Assembly: GCF_009914755.1 (NCBI RefSeq)
Contig: NC_060928.1
Reading direction: 5' to 3' (one strand)
Origin: the human T2T-CHM13v2.0 reference genome, Homo sapiens
DNA length: 64,000 nt
Positions 39,371 through 50,121 of this stretch are shown piece after piece. The translations under genes were made by a program, and so were the position numbers. The notes under the pieces were generated by a model. That model was not told the DNA's origin. It did not search any database and saw nothing but the letters and a program-made list of their open reading frames with translations. Within the stretch, counting starts at the first letter, position 1, and the number at the start of each line of letters is the position of its first letter.

Positions 39371-40119
39371 GCCAGGCTGGCCACTGGGGTGGTACGCCTG
39401 TGCAGGAGGTGGGGTGTGGGCCCCCTGGGGCAGGGAAAGGCAGGGCTGTGTCCTCAGTGACCAGGCTTTGGCTCGGGGGCCTGGAGTCTGACAAAGGCAC
39501 CTGCTGCTTTGGAAGTGCCCCTCCCCCATCTCATCGGCAGCTCCCCAAGTCCAAGCCAAGCAGCCACTCTTTACTCTCGAGGTCCTGGGTGCAGGCCCAG
39601 TGCCAGGCTAGGGGGTGCGGCAGGCCCAGTCCCTAGCACAGCCCATGGTCTCTCAGTGGCTTCCTAACAGGAATGAAGTAACCAAGTAAAAATGCGAGCT
39701 TGATTACCTCAAAGGCTGCTCTCTCAGCCTGGACACCCCCACGCAGGTCCTGCCTGAAGCCTCATCCCCCTGGGCCTGGGCTGAAGCTGCTGCTCCTCCC
39801 TTGGACCCCAGGGAGGCTGCCCCATGCTCTCGGCCCTCAGCTGCCCTGGGGTCTCCTCCCCGCAACCTCCTACACGCCCCGTCTCCCTCTCCATCTGGTC
39901 TTCCCGTCCTCAGAAGGCTGCACTCAGGCCTCCCAGCTGGCCTGGCTCAAGGCCCCACTCCCGGCCTCCCCTCCCACCTGGCAGTGCCCGGGAAATGCCC
40001 TATAGGTCCTTAACCAATGGACAGAGGTGCAATCGTCCCGCACCGGCCCGCAGCCTGCCTCCCCTACTCAGCGTGAGCCTGGAACATTCTTGCTGGGGTG
40101 TGGCCCAATAACCTCCTGC

Positions 40120-40590
40120 CATGTAGCTTCCTGCAGCTGCTCAACACTCTCTCACACACGTAGTGGCTTCAGACAACACAAGGGTGGCCTCCCAGCTGCC
40201 GAGGCCCGAAGTCCCACAGGCAAGGTGCCTGCAGACGTCATTCCTCCTGGAGGCTCAGGGAGAGTCATTTCCTCGATATTTCCACCTTCTCCAGGCACCT
40301 GCATTCCCTGGCTCCCTTCCTCCACCTTCAAAGCCAGCCTCGAGACATCTTCAGATCCCTCTCTCTCTCCCTGCAGCCACCAACACGTGCTCTTCTCTGC
40401 CCCTTCTCCTCCCGCCCCTCCTTTAACGCTGGCCCTGCACCCACCTGCGAAGTCCAGGATAATCTCCTAATTCCAAGATCCTTAATCTAATCCCCTCTGC
40501 CAAGTCCCTCTTACCATGAAAAGTGACATCATCACAGCTGCTAGGGATTAGGGCATGGCATCTTTGGGGGCTGTGTCTCAGCCCCCCATG
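40120..40590 (-). mobile_element. MLT1D-like LTR
   Basis: gtggcttcagacaacacaa...ctccaccttcaaagccagc...tccaggataatctcc..caagatccttaatctaatc...gggattagggcatggcatctttgggg. Confidence 0.85.
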
Positions 40591-40786
40591 AGGACCGTCA
40601 GTCCTTGAACCCCTCATCACTGGGCCTTTATGTGGTACCCAACATGTCGCTATCACCAAGACCACTTTAGCGAACATGTGATGCCACAGGCCGACCTGAA
40701 ATTTCACTTGTGATTCCTGCCTCAGGTGTGGAATTCCTGGGTTAAAAGGAACAGAACATTTTAAGGTTTAAAAACACATCTTGCCA

Positions 40787-41103
<317 letters not shown>

Positions 41104-41929
41104 AAAAACACATCTTGCCAATTCTTCCTCAAAGGCTACAAAGCACACAACTTCCTTGGCTTTTGCTGTGCTTGGGATTGTGGGGTTTGTGTTTGACTTT
41201 GTCACTGCGAGGAAGGAGTAGACCGGGCTGCCCTGTGGACCACCTGCCCAGCTCGCCTTGTCTCCCAGCCTCCCGCTTTGGAATCGGACTGGAATCTCCC
41301 GTTCTGAATCCAAAGTCCAGTGTGAACCTGTCGGCAGGAAGGAGACCATGTCCCCAACCCAGGCTGCAGATGACACTGGGATGCTGTGGATCTCCAGCCC
41401 TTGGGAGGCATCCAGGCATGCTCGGGTGCCCCTTCCAGTGTGGGTGGAGGCCAGCCCTCCTGCTGGCCCCAGAGGTGGGAGCATCAGGCCGTAGAAAAAG
41501 GACCAGAGACGGGGACACCCCACTGTGGCCTGTTACCCAGAGAAAGGTGCTAAATGCAGCGACTCCACGTGTGACGAGATCCCACCCGCCTCGGAGCATA
41601 GAGGCAGTTAGACAAGTCTGCGACTCGGCGGCCTGGCAGATCAAGTGACTCATTTTGTACAAGTTATTTTTGAGTGCCTCGAAGGCTGGTGAGGAAGCTG
41701 CCTGACAGCAGCGGTAATTAGCCTCCCTGCACAGTGCGCCCGCGGGGTTCCAGCCAAGGCGCAGCGAAGCAGCGGCCCCTGCTCCTGGGTGGCACTGCCA
41801 CACCTGAAGCTCTCAGAACTCTCTCGCCGCCCCAGGATATCGAGACCCTGGGATCTGGGCCCACCTGCCTTCTCAGCCTGCTGGCCCTTGAGCCTGTCTG
41901 AAACCTGCACCCGCATGCTGCTCACCTGC

Positions 41930-43180
41930 CTCCCGTCCCGACTCATTCCTGCACCTGGCTGACCTGTCCCAGGCACACCTCCCTGTCTTGGCTGCTGGAC
42001 ACCCCTGCCATCCTCCCAGGCTCCCCTCAAATGCCCACTTGCAGGGAAGCACCTGCCCTTGCTCCCCACGAAGCCGGGCAGTTCCCAGCCCCCAGCTCAC
42101 CTCCCTCAGCACTCTCCATGGCACTCTCTCACCACCTCCTATAAAGGCTTTCTCTACCCGGCTCCTGCCAGCCACCTTGGCCCCTGTCTTCAGGGCTCTC
42201 CTCTCCACTGCCCTCCCTGCCGGTGACCTCATTCCCATCAGGCCTGCAAATTCCATCTCTGTCCCAACTCTAAAGCCCATCTCCAGCCTGGATTTGCTCC
42301 TGGATCCCTGGATCCACTATCCAGCTGCCTCCGCACCATCTGCACCTGGCTGCCTGCTCCTGAGGCTTCTCAAACTCAACATGCCCCTACGGCGTCCCAT
42401 CCCCCTCCTGGCCGTTCCCCGCTGGCTCCTCCATCACCAGCGGTGGCTCTACCTTGCTGGGGCCCCAAGCTCATGTCATGGTTGTCTCCTCTCTTCTTCT
42501 CATGTCCCACGTCTGGACCATCAGCAAAGCCTGCTAGCTCTTCCCGTTGGCTAAATGTACCCAGAAATGGAAAGCACCTCCCCGTCACCGTGGTTCCACC
42601 TGCTCCGAGCCGCCATCCCTGGCCTTGGTGGCCGCCGTGGCTCCTTGCTGCTGTCTCCATGGCCACAGAGCCTCCAGAGGGGTCCTGGTCACCTCTGCTC
42701 GGCACCTTCCTACACTCCCACCCACTCAGTAACACCCAAAATCCCTCCTGCAGCCTTCAGGAGCTGACGTGACCCCACCTGCGACCTCTCTGACCTCATC
42801 ATCTCGGTGCTCAGGGCTCCTGCACCCACAGGTTGGCCTGCTCCTGCCTCCGGGTCTTGGCACTTGCTCCTCCCCTGGGGGCTGGTGTGCCCAGCACCCT
42901 TACTCACTCCAGGTCTTGCCCAAGTGCCACTTTTGGAACATGGGACCTACAATTTTGTCAGGCCCCTCCTCAACATGTCATCTCCTCTGGGTCGCTGTCC
43001 TCCCTCTTGCATTTTCTCTGACTCATTAATCTGGTTTCTATCTGCTTCCCCCCCAGAATGAAAGCACTGCGTGGACAGGAGTTTTTATTGATGATTGATG
43101 TATCCCCAGCCCCTAAAACAGGGCCTGCCACATGGTGGGTACACAATAAATATTTGCCAAATGAATGAATGAACAAGTGA
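41930..43180 (+). mobile_element. L2a, long fragment including the 3' end
   Basis: ggcttctcaaactcaacatg...gtatccccagcccctaaaacagggcctgccacatgg..caataaatatttgccaaatgaatgaatgaa. Confidence 0.85.
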
Positions 43181-43199
43181 ATTAGCGTATGCCGCCTAG

Positions 43200-43514
43200 C
43201 CCTCCCAGTGGAAGTCTGACCCTGAGGCTGGGCCACGTGGGGTTGCTCTGACTGGCAGCCCCAGATGCGTCCAGTCTGCCAGTCACCCCAGCCAAGGTGC
43301 CAGATGTGAGTGCTGCCACCTTGACTTTCCAGACCCAGCCACCCACCTGCCGAGTACCACCGAGCGATGCCAGCCAAGGCCGCACGGAGCAGAAGAATCG
43401 CCTGGCCAAGCCCCTCCTGAATTTCTGCCCCACAGAACCTGGGGCTTTAATAATGGCTGTTTTGCTCCATGAAATACTGGGTGGTTTATCACTCAGCAAC
43501 AGAAAACTGGGACA
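43200..43514 (+). mobile_element. MLT1G/H-like LTR, 3' part
   Basis: ggagcagaagaatcgcctggccaagccc..tgaatttctgccccacagaa...cagcaacagaaaactgggaca. Confidence 0.7.
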
Positions 43515-43557
43515 TGGGTGAAGGGCCGATGCTACAGGACCAGCTTCAGGCTTCAGC

Positions 43558-43835
43558 TGTTACAACCCCTGCAAAGGTGCCCCTGTTACAAACCCTGCAC
43601 AGGAGGCTGTGTTATAACCGCTGCACAGGTGACCCTGTTACAACCCCTGCACAGGATGCCCTGTTACAACCCCTGCACGGGAGGCCCCGTTACAATTCCC
43701 GCACGGGAGGCCCCGTTACAATCCCTGCACGGGAGGCTCCGTTACAACCCCTGCACAGGATGCCCTGTTACAATCCCTGCACGGGAGGCTCCGTTACAAC
43801 CCCTGCACAAGAGGCCCTGTTACAACCCCTGCACC
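43558..43835. repeat. 26-bp minisatellite, ~10.7 units
   Basis: Unit tgttacaacccctgcacaggatgccc with an exact 26-bp period. Confidence 0.97.
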
Positions 43836-43844
43836 AGCTTCGGA

Positions 43845-43938
43845 GATTTGGAACCTGGTACTTTGCTCTCAGCCTTTGGGTCTTTGGCTGAAATGTCAAG
43901 GACCCCAAGGCTGAGAGCAAAGTACCAGGTGCCAAATC
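43845..43938. repeat. Inverted repeat, 44-bp arms and 6-nt loop
   Basis: Arms 43845-43888 and 43895-43938 are reverse complements at 40/44 positions. Confidence 0.95.
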
Positions 43939-44064
43939 CTGGAAAAGTTGCATTGATCATCCTGGCACAAGATCCTGGCTTCTGTGATTAACAAACACTT
44001 CTTTGTCGGGGAATTTTGAAAATAATGACTCGCGTTTATGTCGGGATGGTCGTGGGCCCCGCCT

Positions 44065-44195
44065 CCTGATAAGCACTTTACAAGCCTTCTGTTGTTGCTC
44101 ATAGCAGCCCAGTCATGGCCCCATTTCACAGGCGAGAAACCAGAGGCCCAGAGAAGTCAAGAATCCCAACCCACCTCTGTCTGGCTCCGACCCCC
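44065..44195 (-). mobile_element. MIR
   Basis: ccccatttcacaggcgagaaaccagaggcccagagaagt. Confidence 0.65.
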
Positions 44196-44341
44196 GCAGA
44201 CACTGCCTCCTCCCAGGGCTCCTGGTAGCAAATTGTGACTGCATCTGACTCTGAAGGTAGGGACCACACTTCTCCATCTTCCTGGATGGAGAACTCGATC
44301 AAGTTTTGAGGACGTGGTTGGATGTAGTGCAGAGGCCACGG

Positions 44342-44745
44342 TGTCTTGATTCCGATGTCTCGGGTAAGCCACCCCCCAGGGTCTGGTGCCCTGCGTGCGT
44401 CAGACACAGAAGCTCATTACCTCACGCTGCTGGAGGCCAGAAGCCCAAAGCCTGGGTGTTGGCGGGACGGTGCTCCCCTCAGGGGCTCCAGGAAGGGCTC
44501 TCTCCTGGCCAGGTGCAGCTTCTGGTCATCCTCGGTGCTCCTCAGCTCGGCTGGTCTCTCTCCTGTCTCTGTGTCTCTGCTTTTTCTCTTCTAAGGACAT
44601 CAGTCATATTGGGATCGGGCTCCCCTGAATCCAGTCTGACCTCATCTTACTTTAAATAATTATGTCTACAAAGACCCGACCTCCAGAGGTCACCATCTGA
44701 GTTTCCAGGCAGACATGGAGTGGAGGGGGACAGTATTCACCCCAG
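44342..44745 (-). mobile_element. MLT1B/C-like LTR
   Basis: ctggaggccagaagcccaaa...taaggacatcagtcatattggg..tgacctcatcttac..tctacaaagaccc. Confidence 0.8.
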
Positions 44746-44901
44746 AACCCTCCCGAGCCCCTGTCCCTCACCTGCCCGGGGAAGCTCACGTGTCCCCACC
44801 TCCTGGGCCGTGTGTCCTTAGGGAGGGGTCCAAAGGGGCTGCCTACAATCCCCCCTGGGCATCCTTCCTGCCCACCTCCCTGAAGAGTTCCAGAGCTGAC
44901 T

Positions 44902-44904
<3 letters not shown>

Positions 44905-44942
<38 letters not shown>
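44905..44942. repeat. (GT)19 microsatellite
   Basis: Perfect dinucleotide run. Confidence 0.98.
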
Positions 44943-44943
<1 letters not shown>

Positions 44944-45256
44944 GGGGCCAAGGGGTGGGGGGCGGGTGCATGCACAAGTCAGAGTGGGAAGGGGCCTTCC
45001 TACGGGCCATGCCGTCACCCACTGGCTTGCTCCTGAGATCCAGGAAAGCCGAGCAGGGGCGGCTCCACCCCGTGTGGCCACGGGCCTCCACCCACTTCTC
45101 CTGGGCTTTGGGGCCTGGCGACTCTCAAGGAATGTCCTGCAGTGACCTGGGAGCCCTGGGCACAGCTCAGTGGAGGTCACTGGGACCGGCTGGACGAGTC
45201 CCTTGGCAGCAAGTCCCAGAGGAAGGTCAGCCAGGGTTGTCTGGAGTCTGGCTTAG

Positions 45257-45330
45257 TCCCAGAACCTCCCGATGGTGGAGGACCAGCCTCACAGGGGGCT
45301 TGGGCCACCCAGCCCTCTGCCCAGATGGGG
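45257..45330. repeat. 74-bp local duplication, copy A
   Basis: 72/74 identical to 46741-46814. Confidence 0.95.
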
Positions 45331-45764
45331 GTCCTGCAACACAGGCAGCCCAGGGAGCCCAGGCCCCTGACTGGCCGATACCTCCCGCAGCCCCATCCCT
45401 CAGCTCTGGAAAGACACTGCTAAGCTGAGCCACCGGGCAGTGTGCCACCAGGGAGGGACGAATGGCAGAGCTGCTCGGGAAGCTGGCTGCAGGCCCAACC
45501 CTCGGCGAGGCTGTGTGCTGTGTAGGGAGGCTGCCCTGTTGACCCCACGAGGCTGTTCTGGAAGGCTGGTGCTGGGTTCAGAGTGCAGACCTGCCGGCGA
45601 GGCCGCTGAGCCTGCTCAGATTCTCTGCAGGAGGACTGGGCAGTGTCCCAGGCTCAGCTCTCTGGGCTCTGCCCCCTGGATGCTGCCCCCTGCCTGGGGT
45701 GAGAAATGGAGGTTGGGGTTCTTGCCTGATGCGTGGCAGAGAAAGCCAGCGGCTCCCCAGGACC

Positions 45765-45890
45765 TAGTTTCCCAAGGCTCTGCTCCCCAGCCTTGGGAGC
45801 CTCGTGGAATGCATTAGAAATTCAGACTTCAGGGCCCTGCCCCAGACCCCGAATGGGCGGCTGTGTGATGAGGAGCTGCTGAGGCACTGT
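45765..45890. mobile_element. MER5A-like fragment
   Basis: ttagaaattcagacttcagggccctgccccagacc. Confidence 0.55.
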
Positions 45891-46114
45891 GGAGCTTCCA
45901 GTACGGAAGCAGGGCTGAGCCCGCCTGGCTCCTCAAGATCCCAGTTTACTCCGCTTCCCAGAGAGCACACACAAGATCAAAACTCAAACCAGCAGCATCC
46001 ATTTGGTGCCCAGGATCCTGGCTTTGGAAGGGCCTTTCCATCGACTACTGAAATTCCATGTGGCATCTTGGAGGCAGAAAAATTCCCAGCCTCTACAGGA
46101 AGAGGGCTGCTGCG

Positions 46115-46220
46115 ATGGGTGGTTATTCAGGTCCCCTCTTGAATACTTCCAGCAACAGGGTGCTCACTACCACTAAGACAGCCTGTTCCATCAATGTGGC
46201 GGTCGGCAGGCTCTCTCCCA
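46115..46220 (-). mobile_element. L3/CR1 fragment
   Basis: cttgaatacttccagcaacagggtgctcactaccactaagacagcctgttccat. Confidence 0.65.
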
Positions 46221-46489
46221 CGGGGCATGAAAAGCCGCCTCCTTGGCATTTGCAAGGCTGCCTCGAGTGTGGGCCTGGCTCTTTCCCAGCTTGCCCTCTG
46301 CGTCCTCGGCCTCAGTTTCCTCATCTGTACCAGGAGGACAGAGTCCTGCCTCATGTGGTGAGGGCATTTGTGGTTGGTGGCATCAAGGGACAACAAATCA
46401 AGGCCAGGGAGGAGTCTCCAGCCCTGGAGACAACTTGTTCTTCCATAAGACACGGTGAGCAGCGATGCAGCAAGAATGATTCCAACCAC

Positions 46490-46668
46490 AGCATAGCCCC
46501 CAGGAGGCACAGATGCTCCCGAGGGTACGGGCTAAAATGCCAATTCCAGGGCCCTGCTTCCACAAGCTCTGACCCAGGAGACCTGGGACAAGCCCAGGAG
46601 TCTGCATTTGAACCAGGTCCAGGGAATTGTCAGCGGCTGTTCACAAGACCACATTTTGAGGACCATAA
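46490..46668. mobile_element. MER5A/B-like hAT-Charlie
   Basis: taaaatgccaattccagggcc...gcccaggagtctgcattt...gaccacattttgaggacca. Confidence 0.7.
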
Positions 46669-46740
46669 GCTAATATGTCACCTTCACTTCACAGGGGGAC
46701 GGTCAGGACCAGGATCACATAGCAGCTTGGCATCTGGGAC

Positions 46741-46814
46741 TCCCAGAACCTTCCGATGGTGGAGGACCAGCCTCACAGGGGGCTTGGGCCACCCAGCCCT
46801 CGGCCCAGATGGGG
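46741..46814. repeat. 74-bp local duplication, copy B
   Basis: 72/74 identical to 45257-45330, offset 1484 bp. Confidence 0.95.
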
Positions 46815-48472
46815 AAAGTTGGAGGCAGGGCTGTGGCTGTGCCAGCTTGCAGCACTGTGCAACTGCGATGGAACTCGTTCACACACATGCACGGGTGCAA
46901 TGTGCACACGCACCCACAGCACTTACAAACACACACGTGTGGCATGCATGGCCTCCCACGGCCCATGCATGGATACTAACGTGCACACACATATGTACCA
47001 ACAGCACTTACAGGCACGCATGGAACATGCCAGCAAACATGGTCCCTGCAAGCTAATGCAGGACCCTCCATCACGCTTTCGTCTAATAACTGGAAAGTGC
47101 TTGTGGACATGGCCACTCAGCAGGTGGGTGCCACATGCGGCTGGGTGCCACATGCGGCTAGGTGCCAGGCCCGTACTGGGCACATGGAAGGGCTGCACAG
47201 AGATCAACCGGCACAGCCTCTGCTCTTGTCCTACTCACTGTCTATGAGGGAATCGGACAAGTAGGCAGGCAGGGCCACCCCGGGCCATCCCCAGACGTCT
47301 AGGGGCAGCCCAGGTGAGCCAGGGATGTGTGTGGGTGACCCAAAGGGGGACCACCTGGCTGGGAGGGGCAGGGCATGAAGCTGGAGGGGCTGAGCCACTC
47401 TGCCCCTGGCACAGGTGTGGCTGGAGGTGGGGTGGAGACCTAGGTGTGGGAGGAGCACGGTGCAGGTGAGGATAAGAGCGAATATTCTGGAAGCCTGGGA
47501 TAGGGAGATGGGCAAGAGGCCCCAGTGAGAGCGCCGCCCCGTTCCCCCAGCTGCACTGCACAGTGGCAGCCTTTCTTCCTCCAGCTGGGGATGCCCCGTC
47601 TGCCTTTGTCTTTTTAATCCTTTGGGTGGAGCCCAGAGGCGACCGTGGCTAATTGGTTTTCTGCTCAGCCTCAGTCAATGGGATATCTCATCCTCCTGTT
47701 CTCTCCTCCCTTCAGGACCTGCCCTACCAACACCTCTACGCACAGGATGGTCAGCCGGGGAAGCAAGGGTGGCACGTGCCCCGGGTCAGCAGAGCCCTGC
47801 TCATGGCCCCACCTGCCACCCCTAACTACTCTCACCCTCTGGTCAAGGACAGGTGACCTCGAAGTGGGAGGTGCCATCTCCTGGTCTCAGCACCCAGACT
47901 GCGCCCTGGCTGTGCCCCAGCCCTGCAGCTGTCAAGGGGGGTTGGAGCTGGTCCTGCCCGCAAGGAGATCAAGAGTCAGGCCAGGGAGCCAGGGAGGACC
48001 CTTCCTTGGGCCAGCCAGAGGCTCAGGGGCTGACAGCGCTCTGCTATATTCCCCAGGAGCAGAGGATGCCACAGGGGGCGTGAGAGAAGAACACGTGTTC
48101 TCCAGGAAGCAGAGGAGGGGTGGAAAGCCAAGGCCATTCCAGCTGGAGGGAAGGGGCAGGGAGACTGCGGGGCTCAGCCCAGGGAGCAGGGAATGAAACA
48201 GAGCAAACCCATGGGGAGCTCTGGGTGGAGGGAATACAATCAGGGGGGCTTCCAGGAGAAGGCAGCATATGAGTCCTGGTGTAACAGGAGGAGCAGCCCC
48301 AGGAAAGGGCCTACCCAGGCAGTGGGACCAGACGGCCCTTTGGGGCTGGGCTAGGCCCTGAAGACAGAGCCCCTTTGTGTCCCGAGGGCCTCCCTGGCTC
48401 TCCAGGCTTCCCTGCTTCTGTGCCAATGTCCCTGACCCCAACACCCAGGGCACCTGTCGTCTGCTAGGAGGG

Positions 48473-48720
48473 GCTGTTAGGCTGGGCTCCCAGAAGTAGA
48501 CCCTGAGACTGGGATTCCAGTGCAATCAGCTTGTTTGAGGGCCACAGGAGGCAGGGCAGGGAGCGGGACAGTGAGACCAGGAAGGGGAGGGGCCGCTACA
48601 GGTGTGTTGTGAGCAGGCACTAGGTTCTGAGCCATGGGAGAGCATGCCCGCTGTCACCCCCCCTGAAGGCAAAGGTGCTGGAAAGTCATCCTCCACTGCC
48701 ACCCCCAACAAGAGCCCAGC
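48473..48720 (-). mobile_element. LTR33-like ERVL LTR fragment
   Basis: ttaggctgggctcccagaagtagaccctgagactgggattccagtgcaa...gtgagaccaggaagggga. Confidence 0.7.
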
Positions 48721-49272
48721 ACTTCCATGCTGCCCTCACGTGGCCAAGAGAGAGCCCTGGGGAGGCGGGGGAGGATGACCCCTGGGGGAGGACAAGTGGG
48801 CAGGAAGGGGCCCAGGCAGGGCCGGCGACCTGTCACAGTGGGGGAGGGTGCGGCAGGAAGCAGGTCCCAGCACCACCCCTGCCTCCCTGAGAGGCCTGGC
48901 CTGGTCAACCTGGCAGAGTTCTGCCCCAAGGCCCATCCCGCGGCACCATCTGGGTGAAAGCAGAGCCTGGGGGCCCTCCTTGTGCCCCAGCCCTGTGGAC
49001 TGCACAGGGATCATCAAGATCCCTGATAGCCCCGGGATCCAATCTGCCTTCCCAGCCCCACTCCCGCTGTGCCCGTGCTCAGGCACCTCCCTACCGCTGG
49101 GCCTTGGCACAGCTTGTGCCCCTGTTGGGAGCCCCCTTTTTGATTTCCTGGTCTCAGAACTATTTGCTTGAAGTTCAAAACCTAGTCAAGCACCATCCTC
49201 AGAGAAACCTTCTCCTGCCCCCTCAGCACGTTGTAAACACCTCTGTACTAGCACCTGCCCTGCGCATGGGTG

Positions 49273-49311
49273 GTGTGTGTGTGTGTGTGTGTGTGTCAGG
49301 CGTGTGTGTGT
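49273..49311. repeat. Interrupted (TG)n microsatellite
   Basis: gtgtgtgt...caggcgtgtgtgtg. Confidence 0.9.
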
Positions 49312-49754
49312 ATGCCTGACTTCCCCACTCCACTCAAGAACATGGACCCAGCCATCCACCTGTGGATCCCCGGAGGCAGCCGAGGCCCAGAGCACAGGCC
49401 TGGCGCTGCTCAGCTTCAGGTCTGCCAGTCCCAAGCCTGACACTGTTCCTGACCGACAGGCCTGTGCCTCAGTTTCCACAGCCATAGAACTAGGTGGCCT
49501 CCAGTGTGGGGAGTAGCCACAGAGCCTCGTGTGAGGCATGCACTAAAGAAAGCTGACCTACACTGAGGCAGAGTTGGGAACAATGACAGCGGTGTTCACT
49601 GTACACCTCCTGTGGGCCAGGATTTATGGGGTGGGTGTATAGCTGTGAATATATTTCCTCCTACAAGAGCCCAGTGAGGTAGGCTTCTTCATTTTTAGGA
49701 GTCAGGGATTTGGATCACAGAGAGGTCAAGTAATGGGCCCAAGGCCACACAGCA

Positions 49755-50121
49755 TGATATGGCTTGGCTCTGTGTCCCCACTCAAATCTCATCTCAAATT
49801 GTAATCCCCATAATCCCCACCTGTCGAGGGAGGGACCTGGTGGGAGGTAATTGGGTCATGGAGGTGGTTTCCGATGCTTTTCTCGTGATAGTGAGTTCTC
49901 ACGAGATCCGATGAGTGATTTTCTTGTTCGTGCGTGTGCTCTCTCTCTCTCCCGCTGCCATGTAAGATGTGCCTTTGCTTCTCTCTCACCTTCTGCCATG
50001 ATTGTAAGTTTCCTGAGGCCTCCCCAACCATACGGAACTGTGAGTCCATTAAACCTCTTTCCTTTGTAAATTACCTAGTCTCAGGTATGTCTTTATAGCA
50101 GTGTGAGAACAGACTCATCCA
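49755..50121 (+). mobile_element. THE1D-like solo LTR nested in an antisense MIR (host ~49590-50165)
   Basis: tgatatggcttggctctgtgtcccc...; exact 5-bp TSD cagca at 49750-49754 and 50122-50126. Confidence 0.95.

Noticed and set aside
46058-47056. 332-aa ORF
   Set aside because: It runs through L3, MIR, MER5 and CA-rich sequence with no recognisable domain; a chance ORF in GC-rich DNA.
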